DNA of 64,000 nt from an uncultured Gemmatimonadales bacterium. Lineage in GTDB: Bacteria > Gemmatimonadota > Gemmatimonadetes > Gemmatimonadales > GWC2-71-9. The stretch lies in assembly GCA_963771275.1 (NCBI GenBank), contig CAVYSW010000003.1:1376001-1440000 (forward strand). Reading direction: 5' to 3'. How positions within the stretch are numbered: the first letter of the stretch is position 1; each line of letters begins with the position of its first letter. Below are positions 1 to 10,310 of this stretch, piece by piece. The position numbers were made by a program, and so were the translations under genes. The notes under the pieces are model-generated. The model was given only the letters and a program-made list of their open reading frames with translations, had not been told where the DNA came from and made no database searches.

Positions 1-1013
1 CGCCACATGTGCCCGCACTCACCGCCCAGGATCCACTTCACACCCAGGCGCTTGGCCTCGGTGAAGATCTTGGCGTTGAGCCGCTTCATCGTCTCGTGCG
101 AGGTGAACAGCCCGAAATTGCCTCCGTCGGACGCGTAGGTGCTCCACGTGTAGTCGATCCCCAGCTCGTGGAACAGCAGCATGTACGCCATGCAGGTGTA
201 GATCCCGGGGTCGGCGACGAAGTCGCCGGAAGGCGTGAAGAACAGGATCTCCGCGCCCTTCTTGTTCACCGGGAGATCCACCCGGATGCCCGTCGCCTCC
301 GCGATGTCGTCGGCCATGAACTCCAGCGTGTCCATCAGGCCGTGCGGCTGGATCCCCAGATGGTTGCCGTACCTGAAGCAGTTGGCGACAGGCTCGATGA
401 CCCAGTTGACGTACAACCCGAGCAAGCCGAGCAGCTCGCGACCCATCATCGTGATCTCGGCCGTGTCGATGCCGAACGGGCAGAACACGGAGCAGCGGCG
501 GCACTCGGTGCACTGGTAGAAGTAGTAGAACCACTCCTTGATGACGTCGGGCGTGAGCTCCCGACCCCCGGCCAGCTTGCCGAACACCTTCCCCAGCGCC
601 GTGAAGTCCTTCCGGTAGATCGACCGCAACAGCTCGGCCCGCAGCACCGGCATGTTCTTCGGGTCGCCGCTCCCGAGGAAGAAGTGGCATTTGTCGGCGC
701 AGGCGCCGCAGCGCACGCACACGTCCATGAACAGCTTGAAGGAGCGGAACCGTTTCAGGCGATCGGCCATGCCGTCGAGCACGATGTTCCGCCAGCCCTC
801 GGGGAGCTGCCAGTTCTCATCGGTGACCGCCCAGTCCCGCGGATTCGGCAGGTCGAGCACCTTGAGGTTCTTGGCTTTCCCGGGGTAGATGAACGTGCCC
901 GGGCGAAAGTCCACCGGCGTGTCCATCCACCCCGTCTTCGGCGGGTGCCAGTCGACCTTCAGCAGCTCGTCCTGCTCGTAGGAGCCGGGGTCATCCGGAT
1001 GCGTCATCGTCAT
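1..1013 (-). CDS. dsrK: DsrK, HdrD-like Fe-S subunit of the DsrMK(JOP) complex (3' end truncated by window)
   Basis: Not in ORF track (no stop in window). Manual translation from ATG at 1013, which overlaps the dsrM stop: MTMTHPDD...FKLFMDVCVRCGACADKCHFF...FYQCTECRRCSVFCPFGIDTAEI...ILGGECGHMW, classic DsrK motifs. Confidence 0.95.
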   Translation of the reverse strand, partial: MTMTHPDDPGSYEQDELLKVDWHPPKTGWMDTPVDFRPGTFIYPGKAKNLKVLDLPNPRDWAVTDENWQLPEGWRNIVLDGMADRLKRFRSFKLFMDVCVRCGACADKCHFFLGSGDPKNMPVLRAELLRSIYRKDFTALGKVFGKLAGGRELTPDVIKEWFYYFYQCTECRRCSVFCPFGIDTAEITMMGRELLGLLGLYVNWVIEPVANCFRYGNHLGIQPHGLMDTLEFMADDIAEATGIRVDLPVNKKGAEILFFTPSGDFVADPGIYTCMAYMLLFHELGIDYTWSTYASDGGNFGLFTSHETMKRLNAKIFTEAKRLGVKWILGGECGHMW

Positions 1014-1999
1014 GGCCTCTCGACCGGGATGCCGGCCGTTTTCATCTTCTCCCGGAGCTCGTCCTCGTATTCCTCATAGGTGTGGACCTTCACCGGGTAG
1101 TCCCAGGGATTCACGTGCCGCACCGCGCGGTTGTTGTTTGCGAGATTGCGCGTCGGGCTCAGGAAGATCCCCGGCATGTGCACCAGCTTGCTGAGCGGGA
1201 AGTACGCGGCCAGCACGCACACCAGGAATAGGTGCCCGTAGAACACCGGGCTCAACCCGGCAGGCACGGTGGGGGCGAAGCCGGCGAGCCCCAGCGCCAG
1301 CTGCTTGACGCTCGCCACGTCGACCCCGACGAGATGCCGGAGGCAGAATCCGCTGGTGCCGATGCCGAGCAGCAGGAACAGCGCGAAGTAGTCTCCCGCG
1401 AGGGAGATGTAGCGCACGGACGGGTTCGCCAGCCTGCGGTACAGCAGGTAGGCCAGCGCCGCGAGGAACACGACCGACGTCACGAACACCAGTGGCAGCC
1501 CGATCTGGAGGAACCCGTCCACCCGCTCCACGAACGTCACGAACCCGGGCACCGGGTTGGTCATCAGCCGCAGGTGGCGGATCAGGACGATCAGCAGCGA
1601 CCAGTGCATGGCCAGCGCGCCAAGCCAGAGCGTCAGATCGGTGCCGTGCACGAGCCGCCGCCCGTCGACCATCTCCGACCGGGTGTTCCGCAGCAGGGAG
1701 CGGAAGCACAGGACCTCAAGGGCCATGCGGCCGAGGACGCCGGGCAGCGTCGACGGATTCTCCAGCTTCTGCTGCTTGACCCAGGCGAGGGACTTCTCCT
1801 GGCCGCAGGTCGTGGGGATGCGGAACGGGACGGGACTGCCGGCCCACCACAGCACGCGGTAGATCAACCCGCCGATGAACAGCGCGGCGGCGAGATACGG
1901 CAGCGCCACGGCGAAGACCCAGCCGAGGGCCGGCACGGCCCCCAGCATGCCGAGCAGAAACAGGCCCGCCGCGACGGCGAACGCAAGCAGGATTCTCAT
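1010..1999 (-). CDS. dsrM: DsrM, NarI-like membrane cytochrome b subunit
   Basis: 329 aa, multiple TM helices, PVPFRIPTTCGQ and YFPLSKLVHMPGIFLSPTRNLANNNR motifs; directly upstream of dsrK. Confidence 0.95.
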   Translation of the reverse strand: MRILLAFAVAAGLFLLGMLGAVPALGWVFAVALPYLAAALFIGGLIYRVLWWAGSPVPFRIPTTCGQEKSLAWVKQQKLENPSTLPGVLGRMALEVLCFRSLLRNTRSEMVDGRRLVHGTDLTLWLGALAMHWSLLIVLIRHLRLMTNPVPGFVTFVERVDGFLQIGLPLVFVTSVVFLAALAYLLYRRLANPSVRYISLAGDYFALFLLLGIGTSGFCLRHLVGVDVASVKQLALGLAGFAPTVPAGLSPVFYGHLFLVCVLAAYFPLSKLVHMPGIFLSPTRNLANNNRAVRHVNPWDYPVKVHTYEEYEDELREKMKTAGIPVERP

Positions 2000-2508
2000 G
2001 CCTCCGGGTCCTCACCCCGCTGGTTCATCTTGCCGACGACCCACGCGACCTGTCGCTTCACTTCCTCGATGCGGAGCTGGTACACCTGCTCCCGGCACTG
2101 CGCGAAGATGTCGAATGCGGCCAGGGCGATCCGATCGATCTCCCCGTCCAGCGCCGCCAGCTCGGAGGCCGCCTCCGGCTCCCGGACCACCTCGGCCAAC
2201 TCCGTTCGAATCACGTCCTTGAGATGGAAAACGAAGCTGAGGGCTTGGGAGGGAGTGAACTGCTGAACGGCCCGGACCTTGATGATCTCGCGCAGCGACG
2301 CGCGGACCTGCTCGGCGTCAAGCCCGTTGCAGAGCGCCTCGACAATCCCGCGCGTGCCGGCGCGAACGCTGTGGCCGACGGGATTGGCGAACCGGTCCTG
2401 CTCCCGCCCGAACATCGCGGAGGCGTCCCCGGGGTAGCTCGCCAGGATGCCGTCGATCCAGTGCTGGATGACGGCCTCCCTGCGCTCCAGCAGCCGCTCC
2501 CTGAGCAT
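1996..2508 (-). CDS. dsrT: DsrT (RsbRD N-terminal domain protein)
   Basis: 170 aa, DRFANPVG and IIKVRAVQQFTPSQALSFVFHLK motifs; canonical position just upstream of dsrMK. Confidence 0.88.
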   Translation of the reverse strand: MLRERLLERREAVIQHWIDGILASYPGDASAMFGREQDRFANPVGHSVRAGTRGIVEALCNGLDAEQVRASLREIIKVRAVQQFTPSQALSFVFHLKDVIRTELAEVVREPEAASELAALDGEIDRIALAAFDIFAQCREQVYQLRIEEVKRQVAWVVGKMNQRGEDPEA

Positions 2509-2542
2509 CAGCGCCGACCTCCGCGACCGAGCCGTCCGTGGT

Positions 2543-2860
2543 TCACACGCAGCCCGTCGGTTTGGGCAATCCGGCGACCTTGCACGCGCCCTTGGCCGGG
2601 CCGGACGGGAACAGATCGTAGATCTGCTTGAGCGGGAAGCCGGTGCTCTTGCACAGCTTCCGGATCATCGGGGCCATGTTGTACTGCAGGTAGTACTCCC
2701 GCAGGTAGTTCACGAGCTTCCAGTGGTCGGGCGTCATTTCGGCCACGGATTCCGTCAGGGCGAGATCCTTCGCGACGGCTTCGTTCCACGCGGCCGGATC
2801 CTGGATGAACCCGTCCTCGTCGACCTCGATCTGCTTGCCACCGAGTAGCTTCATCTCCAT
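2543..2860 (-). CDS. dsrC: DsrC sulfur carrier, 105 aa
   Basis: ATG at 2860 preceded by GAGGAGGAG RBS; EVDEDGF motif; C-terminal GACKVAGLPKPTGCV with both Cys (Cx10C), so a true DsrC rather than TusE/RpsA. Confidence 0.95.
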   Translation of the reverse strand: MEMKLLGGKQIEVDEDGFIQDPAAWNEAVAKDLALTESVAEMTPDHWKLVNYLREYYLQYNMAPMIRKLCKSTGFPLKQIYDLFPSGPAKGACKVAGLPKPTGCV

Positions 2861-2924
2861 CGGACTCCTCCTCAGCCTGGCCATCCGCGCGCCTCGGGGC
2901 GCCGGAGAGGCCCACGTGGGCGGT

Positions 2925-3317
2925 TTACAGGATGTCAATGTCCAGTCGTGGCGGGTGCGTCAGCGTGTGGTGAATGACGCACTGCTCGGCCACGCGACGT
3001 ACGGCTGCCCTGCGATCCTCGGGGACTCCCGGCGGCAATTCCACATCGGCCACGATCGCGCCGATACGCTTGGGATCGTCCGCCAGCTCCACGGTCAGAT
3101 TGACGGCGACGTCGCCGCCCGTGTACCCGTGCGTCTCGCAGTAGCCCTGCACCATCATCGCGATACAGGCACCGAGGGAGCCGGCCAGGAGCTCCACCGG
3201 GGCGAACCCGGCGTCCTGGCCGCCATCCCCCGGGGACATGTCACTCGTCACCGAATGCCGGCGCACGCGGATCGCGAACGCCTGGCGCTCCTTCCGGGTG
3301 ACGGTGATCAGGTCCAT
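2925..3317 (-). CDS. OsmC/Ohr family protein
   Basis: 130 aa, GGQDAGFAPVELLAGSLGAC and second Cys in QCVIHHTL, typical OsmC family signature. Confidence 0.85.
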   Translation of the reverse strand: MDLITVTRKERQAFAIRVRRHSVTSDMSPGDGGQDAGFAPVELLAGSLGACIAMMVQGYCETHGYTGGDVAVNLTVELADDPKRIGAIVADVELPPGVPEDRRAAVRRVAEQCVIHHTLTHPPRLDIDIL

Positions 3318-3321
3318 GGCA

Positions 3322-4551
3322 TCAGGCCTTCGTGACCACGCCCGTCGCGGCCTGGTGCAGCTTCACCTCCACCTTCTCCTCGAGCGTCGCGTAGTACTGC
3401 TTCAGAATCTCCAGCACCTCGGGTCGGCTGAAATCCTCGGGAGGATTGCCGCCCTCGGAGAGCGTCTTCCGCAGCACGGTGCCGCTCAGCATGAGCCGGT
3501 CGTCCTTGCCGTGCGGGCAGGTCTTCATCGAGGCCATCCCGCGGCACTTGAAGCAGTAGAACGTCCAGTCGATCATCAACGGCTTCGTCTCGAGCGCGTC
3601 GGGCGGGATCTCGAAGAAGATCTTCTGAGCGTCGAACGGTCCGTAGTAGCTGCCCACGCCAGCGTGATCCCGGCCCACGATCAGGTGACTGCAGCCATAG
3701 TTCTGGCGGAACAGCGCGTGGAGCAGCGCCTCGCGCGGCCCGGCGTACCGCATGTCGAGCGGGTAGCCGCCCTGGATCGCCGAGCCCTTCACGAAGTACT
3801 TCTCGACCAGCGTGTCGACGCACCGGACGCGGACGTCGGCGGGGATGTCGCCGGGCTTGAGCTTGCCGACGAGCTGGTGAATGAAGAGGCCGTCCAGGAT
3901 CTCGAGCGCGATCTTGGCCAGATACTCGTGCGAGCGGTGCATCGGGTTGCGCAGCTGCAGCGCGGCCACGGTCCGCCAGCCGCGCTCGGTGAATTTCTGG
4001 CGCGACTCGGCAGGGCGCATGTACACGCCCTTGAACTCCACCGGGAAGTAGCTCTCGCTGAGCACCTTGATGGGCCCGCCGAAGTTGACCTCCTTCTGGG
4101 CCATCACCATCGCGACGCCGGGATGCTCCGTGTCGTTGGTCCGGAACACTTCCTTGCACTCGAGCGCTTTGTCGATGGGGTACTTGTCCGTCACCTTCAT
4201 GATGGCCATGGCGGTGCCGGTCTCCGCGTCGACAAGCGTCACCTCCTGCCCGAGCTTGATCGCCTTCGCATCGTCCTGCGACGCGGACACGGTCACGGGA
4301 ATGGGCCAGAAGGTGCCGTCGGACATCTGCATGTCGGTGCAGACGCGCTTCCAGTCCGCACTGCCCATGAACCCGTCCAGCGGCGTGAAGCCGCCGATGC
4401 CCAGCATGATGGCATCACCGGTTTCGCGGGACGTCAGCGGGATCTTCTTGAGTCCCACCGCCTGCTTCTGCGCGTCGGCCAGCTCCTTGCCCTGCAGCAG
4501 CAGGGGCTTGAGCTTCTTGTCTTTGCCGTGTGGATTCACCAGTTGAGCCAT
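3322..4551 (-). CDS. sat: Sulfate adenylyltransferase (ATP sulfurylase)
   Basis: Likely start MAQLVNPHG at 4551; [30 protein letters not shown] motifs. Confidence 0.97.
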   Translation of the reverse strand: MAQLVNPHGKDKKLKPLLLQGKELADAQKQAVGLKKIPLTSRETGDAIMLGIGGFTPLDGFMGSADWKRVCTDMQMSDGTFWPIPVTVSASQDDAKAIKLGQEVTLVDAETGTAMAIMKVTDKYPIDKALECKEVFRTNDTEHPGVAMVMAQKEVNFGGPIKVLSESYFPVEFKGVYMRPAESRQKFTERGWRTVAALQLRNPMHRSHEYLAKIALEILDGLFIHQLVGKLKPGDIPADVRVRCVDTLVEKYFVKGSAIQGGYPLDMRYAGPREALLHALFRQNYGCSHLIVGRDHAGVGSYYGPFDAQKIFFEIPPDALETKPLMIDWTFYCFKCRGMASMKTCPHGKDDRLMLSGTVLRKTLSEGGNPPEDFSRPEVLEILKQYYATLEEKVEVKLHQAATGVVTKA

Positions 4552-4639
4552 CGTCGTTCCCTCGTTGAGGCGTGCGGTTGTGGTGTCCGACGTATGCTTC
4601 ACGACTCGCCCCGGTGGGCGGGTCAACGGTCCGAGTTCT

Positions 4640-5917
4640 TCAGCGTCCTCCGACCTCAACCAGCTCCCGAGTCTCGACCGGCTCGCCGGTCGGCGGTTCC
4701 CGGAGGAGCGCCCCGCCGTCACCCGGCGCGAGCCGGCCGACCGGCCGGGTCCGCCCCGTGTGCTCGGCGTACACCATCGCCGTGGTGCGGTAGAGCAGGT
4801 GCGCGAACTTCGAGTACGGCAAGTACACCAGCAGCTGGAACACCAGAACGAGGTGCACCAGGTAGACGGCATACGCGACCTGGGCGAGCCCGCTTGCAGG
4901 CGCGGGACCGACGGCGAACCGGAACGTCTCCGTCGCGAACCCGGTGACCGCGACGCCCAGGAGCAGCCACACGAAGAGCCAGTCGAACGACGTGCTGACC
5001 GCCGAGCCGGCCTTGCTCCCCATCCGGTCGACCATGGCCTTCACGCAGCCGAAGATCAGCACCACCCCACCCACGTTCGCGAGGATCTTCATCGGATGGA
5101 GCAGGCCGAACGGATACATGGAGGCAATCCCGAACACGCGCGGATTGACGTAGAGATCCACCACCGCCCACACGGTCACGACGTACAGGGCCAGGAAGCC
5201 GTAAAACGCCGAGAGGTGGGCCAGCCGACGCGGCGCCTGGGCCGTGCACTTGGCGAACCGGTCGTGGGTCACGATCGACTGGAGCGTGTGCAGGATGGCC
5301 GGCAGAATGCCGATTGCGGACACGTAGGCGCCGCGCGCCACGTCGGCCGCCTTCATCGCCCGCCAGAACCGCGTGACTCCCGCGACGGCCACCACCAGGG
5401 CCAGCCCCGTGAAGAACCCATAGAAGCCGATCAGCAGCCAGTGGGGGAAGAACTCGGCGTAGAACCCGTGCTCCGCGCCGAACGGGAGCATCCGCTCGAG
5501 CGGCGCGCGCGCGGCCAGCGCCGCGGCCAGCAGCACGACCGGGATCAGCAGCATCACGGGCAGGTACTTGAACCCGTTGGCCCACGTGGCGAGGAAGCGG
5601 GGAACGGCGTACTGGTGCACGACGCGCCGCCGCACCGCTGCCAGCACGTCCCCCGGCCGCGCCCCGCGGGGGCAACGCGTCGAGCAGTCATTGCACTGGT
5701 GGCACAGCCAGACGTCGGGGTCCGCCATGAGGCGGTCCTTCAGGCCCCACTGCGCCCACAGCATCTCTTTCCGGGGGAAGCGGCTCCGGCCGGTGGACAG
5801 CTGGCACACCACCGAGCAGGTGGCGCACTGAAAGCACTGCTTGAGATCCCCGCCGCCCGACGCGACGATCTCCGCCACGAATCTCCTGTCCGGCCTCAGC
5901 ACTTGGACGTCGGCCAT
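4640..5917 (-). CDS. qmoC: QmoC membrane subunit (2x[4Fe-4S] plus cytochrome b domain)
   Basis: [11 protein letters not shown] and [12 protein letters not shown] followed by TM helices with His ligands, YLPYSKFAH; follows qmoB. Confidence 0.93.
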   Translation of the reverse strand: MADVQVLRPDRRFVAEIVASGGGDLKQCFQCATCSVVCQLSTGRSRFPRKEMLWAQWGLKDRLMADPDVWLCHQCNDCSTRCPRGARPGDVLAAVRRRVVHQYAVPRFLATWANGFKYLPVMLLIPVVLLAAALAARAPLERMLPFGAEHGFYAEFFPHWLLIGFYGFFTGLALVVAVAGVTRFWRAMKAADVARGAYVSAIGILPAILHTLQSIVTHDRFAKCTAQAPRRLAHLSAFYGFLALYVVTVWAVVDLYVNPRVFGIASMYPFGLLHPMKILANVGGVVLIFGCVKAMVDRMGSKAGSAVSTSFDWLFVWLLLGVAVTGFATETFRFAVGPAPASGLAQVAYAVYLVHLVLVFQLLVYLPYSKFAHLLYRTTAMVYAEHTGRTRPVGRLAPGDGGALLREPPTGEPVETRELVEVGGR

Positions 5918-5930
5918 CCTCGGCACACTC

Positions 5931-8177
5931 CTACCCCTTGAAGGGGTTCATGCCCATCTCCACGATCTGCTCGGCGAACTCGTTGACGAGGTCCGGCAGC
6001 TTCTCGTAGTCGGCGATCGAGAGCTGCTCGATGCGCACGCGCCCTTCCTCCAACGCCAGCTGCTTGAGCTTGTCGCGGATGTTGTCGCTCCGCGTGCCCA
6101 TCAGCTCGCTGCCGCGGATGAAGTGGCACTGGTAGTCGGCGCCGGACTTGCACCCGACGAGCAGAATGCCGTCGAAGCCACGCGCCAACGCGTCGGCGAT
6201 CCACACCACGTTGACGGCCCCGAGGCACCGCACGGGGATGAAACGGATGTAGGCGCTGTGCTGGCGTCGCAGCAGTCCCGCGACGTCCAGCGCCGGGTAG
6301 GCGTCGTTCTCGCAGATCAGGCCGAGCAGCCGGGGCTTCTCTTCGAACTCGTCCGGCACGTGAACGGCCTTGATCATCGACGAGATGATGTCGACGGAAT
6401 AGTCCTTGAACGAGATGATCCGCTCGGGGCAGGCGCCCAGGCAGATGCCGCAGCGACGGCAGCGCAGCGGGTTGAGCTGGGGCGTGCCCTTGGCGTCCTC
6501 GTTGAGCGTGCCGAAGGGGCACTCTTCGGTGCAGCGCTTGCATTGCGTGCAGCGCTGCAGCAGGAAGTCGGGGTAGGACTGGTCTCCCAGGCGCGGCTGT
6601 ACCGCGGCGCCGCGCGTCGCCAGCTCGAGGCTCTGGATCGCCTTGAGCGCCGCGCCGGCGCCGTCCTCTCGGCTCAGCTGCGCGTCGAGCGGCGCCCGCA
6701 CGCACCCCGCCGTGTAGATCCCCGTGCGCCGAGTCTCGTAGGGGAAACAGATGAAATGGGAGTCCGGGAAGCCGTACTTGAAGGCCGGCAGGTCGGGCCC
6801 CTGCCGGTAGTCGAGGTGCAGGATCGCGGTGCCCGCGACGTGCTGCAGCTCCTCCACGGTCTTCCTGGCCGCGTCGAGTTGCGCGCCGGCCTCGCCCTTC
6901 GCAACGACCGCCTGCGCGTCGGCGTAACGCCGCAGGGCCTCGCCGTCCGCGGCCACCGGCACCATGCCGGTGGCCAGGACCACCAGGTCGGCCTCAAGGC
7001 TGATGCTCTCGCCCAGCAGCGTGTTGCTGGCCGCGACCGCGAGGTTGTGGTCGCCGGTCTCGGTCACACCCGTCACGTCACCCTTGGTGAAGAAGATGGC
7101 GCTGTCTTCCTGGGCCCGGCGGTAGAACTCCTCGTACTGTCCCGGCGTGCGGATGTCTTTGTAGAGGACGTAGGCCTCGCACTCGGCGTCGAGCTGCCGG
7201 GCGAGCAGGGCCTGCTTGATGGTCACGCGGCAGCACACTCCCGAGCAGTACGGCAGGTGGTCCTTGTCGCGTGACCCGGCACACTGAATGAAGGCGATGC
7301 GACGGGCCGGCTTGCCATCGCTCGGCCGCGTGATGCGGCCCGAGCCGATCAGCTCCTCCATCTGCACGTTCGTGATCACGTTGGGGCACCGGCCGTAGCC
7401 GAGGTGCCCGAGCCGCGTCGCGTCGTACGGCTTCCAGCCGGTCGCCTGCACGATCGCGCCCACGCGGAACTGCGCGGAGGAGCCGTTGGTCCTGAGCGTG
7501 ACGTCGAACTGGCCGGGCTGACCCGTGATCCGCTCGATCGTGGTACCGGTGTGGACGGTGATGCGCTCGTGTCGCTCGACCGCGGCCACCTGCTCCGCGA
7601 TCGCCTGGGGCTGCGGATCCCGATAGGGAGGGCGATGCGGGATGCCCTTGGTGAACTTGCCGAGCCACCCGCCGAGCCGGGCCGCCTGCTCCACCAGGAC
7701 GACCTTGGAGCCGGCGTTGGCGGCGTTCAGGGCCGCGGACAGACCGGTCACCCCGCCCCCAACCACCAGAATCGTCCTGTCGATCGATTCGGCGAGCGGC
7801 TCGGGGAGCTCCGCCTTCTGCGCCCGCACGATGCCCATCCGCAGGTAGTCCTCGGCGAGCATCTGCGTGTCTTCGTCGCCGGGCTTGTGACTCCAGACCA
7901 CCTGTTCGCGCAGGTTCACGCGCTCGGTCTGACAGCCATCGAACGTGAAGGCGTCGGTCATGCAGCGCGGCGAGCATGCCGCGATCACGAGCGCCCGGGC
8001 ACCGTCGTTGATGTCGTGGGTGATGAGCTCGCGCCCCGCGGCGCCGCACAGGCACTCGTGCTGGCGGCAGGGCTCGGCGTGGTGCTCGTCGGTGGCGACC
8101 TTGCGCAACGCCTCGACGTCGAGGGAGGCCCCGATGTCACAGCCCCGACAGATGTATACGGCCACTTGCTTGTCCAA
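5931..8177 (-). CDS. qmoB: QmoB (HdrA-like flavoprotein with ferredoxin and MvhD domains)
   Basis: 748 aa, TTG start; GGGVTG FAD motif, QCAGSRD, two CxxCxxCxxxCP motifs, C-terminal MvhD-like CENDAYPA...RCLG...QCHF. Confidence 0.95.
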   Translation of the reverse strand: MDKQVAVYICRGCDIGASLDVEALRKVATDEHHAEPCRQHECLCGAAGRELITHDINDGARALVIAACSPRCMTDAFTFDGCQTERVNLREQVVWSHKPGDEDTQMLAEDYLRMGIVRAQKAELPEPLAESIDRTILVVGGGVTGLSAALNAANAGSKVVLVEQAARLGGWLGKFTKGIPHRPPYRDPQPQAIAEQVAAVERHERITVHTGTTIERITGQPGQFDVTLRTNGSSAQFRVGAIVQATGWKPYDATRLGHLGYGRCPNVITNVQMEELIGSGRITRPSDGKPARRIAFIQCAGSRDKDHLPYCSGVCCRVTIKQALLARQLDAECEAYVLYKDIRTPGQYEEFYRRAQEDSAIFFTKGDVTGVTETGDHNLAVAASNTLLGESISLEADLVVLATGMVPVAADGEALRRYADAQAVVAKGEAGAQLDAARKTVEELQHVAGTAILHLDYRQGPDLPAFKYGFPDSHFICFPYETRRTGIYTAGCVRAPLDAQLSREDGAGAALKAIQSLELATRGAAVQPRLGDQSYPDFLLQRCTQCKRCTEECPFGTLNEDAKGTPQLNPLRCRRCGICLGACPERIISFKDYSVDIISSMIKAVHVPDEFEEKPRLLGLICENDAYPALDVAGLLRRQHSAYIRFIPVRCLGAVNVVWIADALARGFDGILLVGCKSGADYQCHFIRGSELMGTRSDNIRDKLKQLALEEGRVRIEQLSIADYEKLPDLVNEFAEQIVEMGMNPFKG

Positions 8178-8181
8178 GGTG

Positions 8182-9447
8182 CTACTCCGCGCAGAATTGC
8201 AGGGCTCTCATGGCGGCGCCGGTCGCGTCGCGGACGCTGGTCGCCACGTCCGTCGGGCGTTTGGCGCATCCGGCGGCCAGCATGCCCGCCACCGGCTGTT
8301 CGTCCGTCAGGAACCCGGATTCGTCGGTCAGCAGGCCGCCGGCGACGTCGACCGTCTTGCCGAGCGCCGGCACCATGCCGGTCGCCAGCACGACGAGGTC
8401 CACCGTCTGGCGTAGCGGCACGCCCGCGAGCGTATCCTCGGCTTCGACCTCCAGGTCGTGGCTCGCGGGATCCTCGGAGATCCTGGCCACCTTGCCCTTG
8501 ATCAGCCGCACCTTCGCGTCCTCCTGAGTTGCGGCATAGAAGTCCTCGAGCCGGCCCGGGGCGCGGATGTCGATGTAGAACACGTAGATCATCGCGTCGG
8601 GATACTGCGCCCGGACATAACGCGCCTGCTTCAGCGATCCGAGGCAACAGACGCCGGAGCAGTGCCTGAGGTGGTTCTCGTCCCGCGAGCCGGCGCACTG
8701 TACGAACGCGACGGACGCCACGGCCTTGCGGTCGGACAGGCGGACGATCTTCCCGCCGGTCGGGCCGCCGGGCGAGGCAAGGCGCTCCATCATCACGTTG
8801 GTGATGACGTTGGGGTACGTGCCAAACCCGAGGTCGGCGATCTTCGCGGCGTCGTACGGGTCCCAGCCCGTCGCCCAGATCACGGCCTGGACGTCCAGCT
8901 CCACGGTGTCCGGCTGCATCGCCAGGTCGATGGCGTCGTACGGGCACGCCGGCACGCACTTGCCGCACGCGGGTCCGGGACACACGCCGCCGTCGATCAT
9001 GAAGCGCATGGGAAAGGCCATCTCGTACGGGAGGTAGATGGCTTTGGTGGTCACCATGCCGAGGTTGAAGCTGTCGGGACGCTCGACGGGACAGGCGTCC
9101 ACGCACGCACCGCACGCGGTGCACTTCTCGTTGACGCGGCGCGGGTTGCGCCGGATCGTCGCGTGGAAGTGGCCTGCGACGCCGGAGATCTGCTGCACGT
9201 CGGACAGGGTGAGCACCCGGATCCGGGGGTTCGTCTTGATGCGCCGCAGGTTGATTTCCAGGCCGCAGTGCGGCGGGCAGAGCTTGGGGAAGTACTGGTA
9301 CGAGCGGGCGACCCGTCCGCCCAGGAAGGGCTCCTTCTCGACCAGCACGACCTCACAGCCCGCCTCGGACGCCTCGATGGCCGCGGTGATCCCGCTGATC
9401 CCGCCACCGACGACGAGGACCGTTCCCCGCTTGCCGTTGGTGCTCAT
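8182..9447 (-). CDS. qmoA: QmoA (HdrA-like flavoprotein)
   Basis: 421 aa; VVGGGISG, YFPKLCPPHCGLEIN, QCAGSRDENHL; retains an inserted ferredoxin-type Cys set. Confidence 0.93.
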   Translation of the reverse strand: MSTNGKRGTVLVVGGGISGITAAIEASEAGCEVVLVEKEPFLGGRVARSYQYFPKLCPPHCGLEINLRRIKTNPRIRVLTLSDVQQISGVAGHFHATIRRNPRRVNEKCTACGACVDACPVERPDSFNLGMVTTKAIYLPYEMAFPMRFMIDGGVCPGPACGKCVPACPYDAIDLAMQPDTVELDVQAVIWATGWDPYDAAKIADLGFGTYPNVITNVMMERLASPGGPTGGKIVRLSDRKAVASVAFVQCAGSRDENHLRHCSGVCCLGSLKQARYVRAQYPDAMIYVFYIDIRAPGRLEDFYAATQEDAKVRLIKGKVARISEDPASHDLEVEAEDTLAGVPLRQTVDLVVLATGMVPALGKTVDVAGGLLTDESGFLTDEQPVAGMLAAGCAKRPTDVATSVRDATGAAMRALQFCAE

Positions 9448-10310
9448 CGGGCGTCCCTACCGGGAGGTTGGGCCCCCGGCCGGTGGAGCACCCGGCTCTT
9501 GTCGAGCTTCCCTTGGAAGGCCTCCACGATCTCGGGGCGCGGCTTCACCGTCTTTTCGCCGAACAGGCTGAAGCGCAGCCAGAGGAACGCGAACCGCAGC
9601 AGCGCCTCGTCGTCGTACCGCATCTCCTCGACGAAGTCCTCGTCCACGTCGAACCGCTGCAGCAACGTGCTCCCGAACACGAATTCCCGGAAGCGATCGA
9701 GGTCGTAGCACGCGGTGAACAGCATGTGGAGCTTCTCGGGAGAGAGCACGCCGCCGCTCTCGAAGAACGGGTGCAGCGTCAGCTCCTTGAACGCTTCGCC
9801 CCACTGGTCGTAGTCGTCGATGCGCTGATCATCGAGCCACTGCCGCACCGTCCAGGTACGCGGCTCGTCACCGCCCTTGCAGCCCTCCTCCCGGAGGAGG
9901 AAGTAGAACCGGTCGCCCTGCCAGCCGTCGGGGGTGTCCTTCTGGGACGCGAGGCCGAGGGGGTACATGCGGCAGGGCCACGGCCGATCGCCGTAAATCC
10001 CGCACCCCTGGTCGGTCAGGAACGGGCACCGCTTGGCGTCGTCGCTCATCTTGAGCATGACGACCGGTGTCTTCATGTCCTTGTGGACTGGGAGGATGGT
10101 GTAGGTCTCGAGAAACTGGCTCGAGGTGATTCCGAGGCGCCGCTTCATGCGCAGCACGTCGTACGGCGAGAGAAAGATGTTGACGTCGGCGCAGCAGCGA
10201 TTGAAGCACGAGATGCCGGGATGACAGTCGAAGGGGAACGTGTCATCCGGGCCCAGTCGGGGCGCCTGGTCGAGAATATGCTGCTGCAGGCGGGCACGTG
10301 GGTCAGTCAT
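9444..10310 (-). CDS. YkgJ-family cysteine cluster (Zn/Fe-chelating) protein
   Basis: 288 aa; CHPGISCFNRCC and CPFL...GCGIYGDRPWPCRMYP motifs; overlaps qmoA start. Confidence 0.85.
   Translation of the reverse strand: MTDPRARLQQHILDQAPRLGPDDTFPFDCHPGISCFNRCCADVNIFLSPYDVLRMKRRLGITSSQFLETYTILPVHKDMKTPVVMLKMSDDAKRCPFLTDQGCGIYGDRPWPCRMYPLGLASQKDTPDGWQGDRFYFLLREEGCKGGDEPRTWTVRQWLDDQRIDDYDQWGEAFKELTLHPFFESGGVLSPEKLHMLFTACYDLDRFREFVFGSTLLQRFDVDEDFVEEMRYDDEALLRFAFLWLRFSLFGEKTVKPRPEIVEAFQGKLDKSRVLHRPGAQPPGRDAR

Noticed and set aside
4552..4872. N-terminal extension of the sat ORF in the track
   Set aside because: Overlaps qmoC; homology and RBS support a start at 4551.
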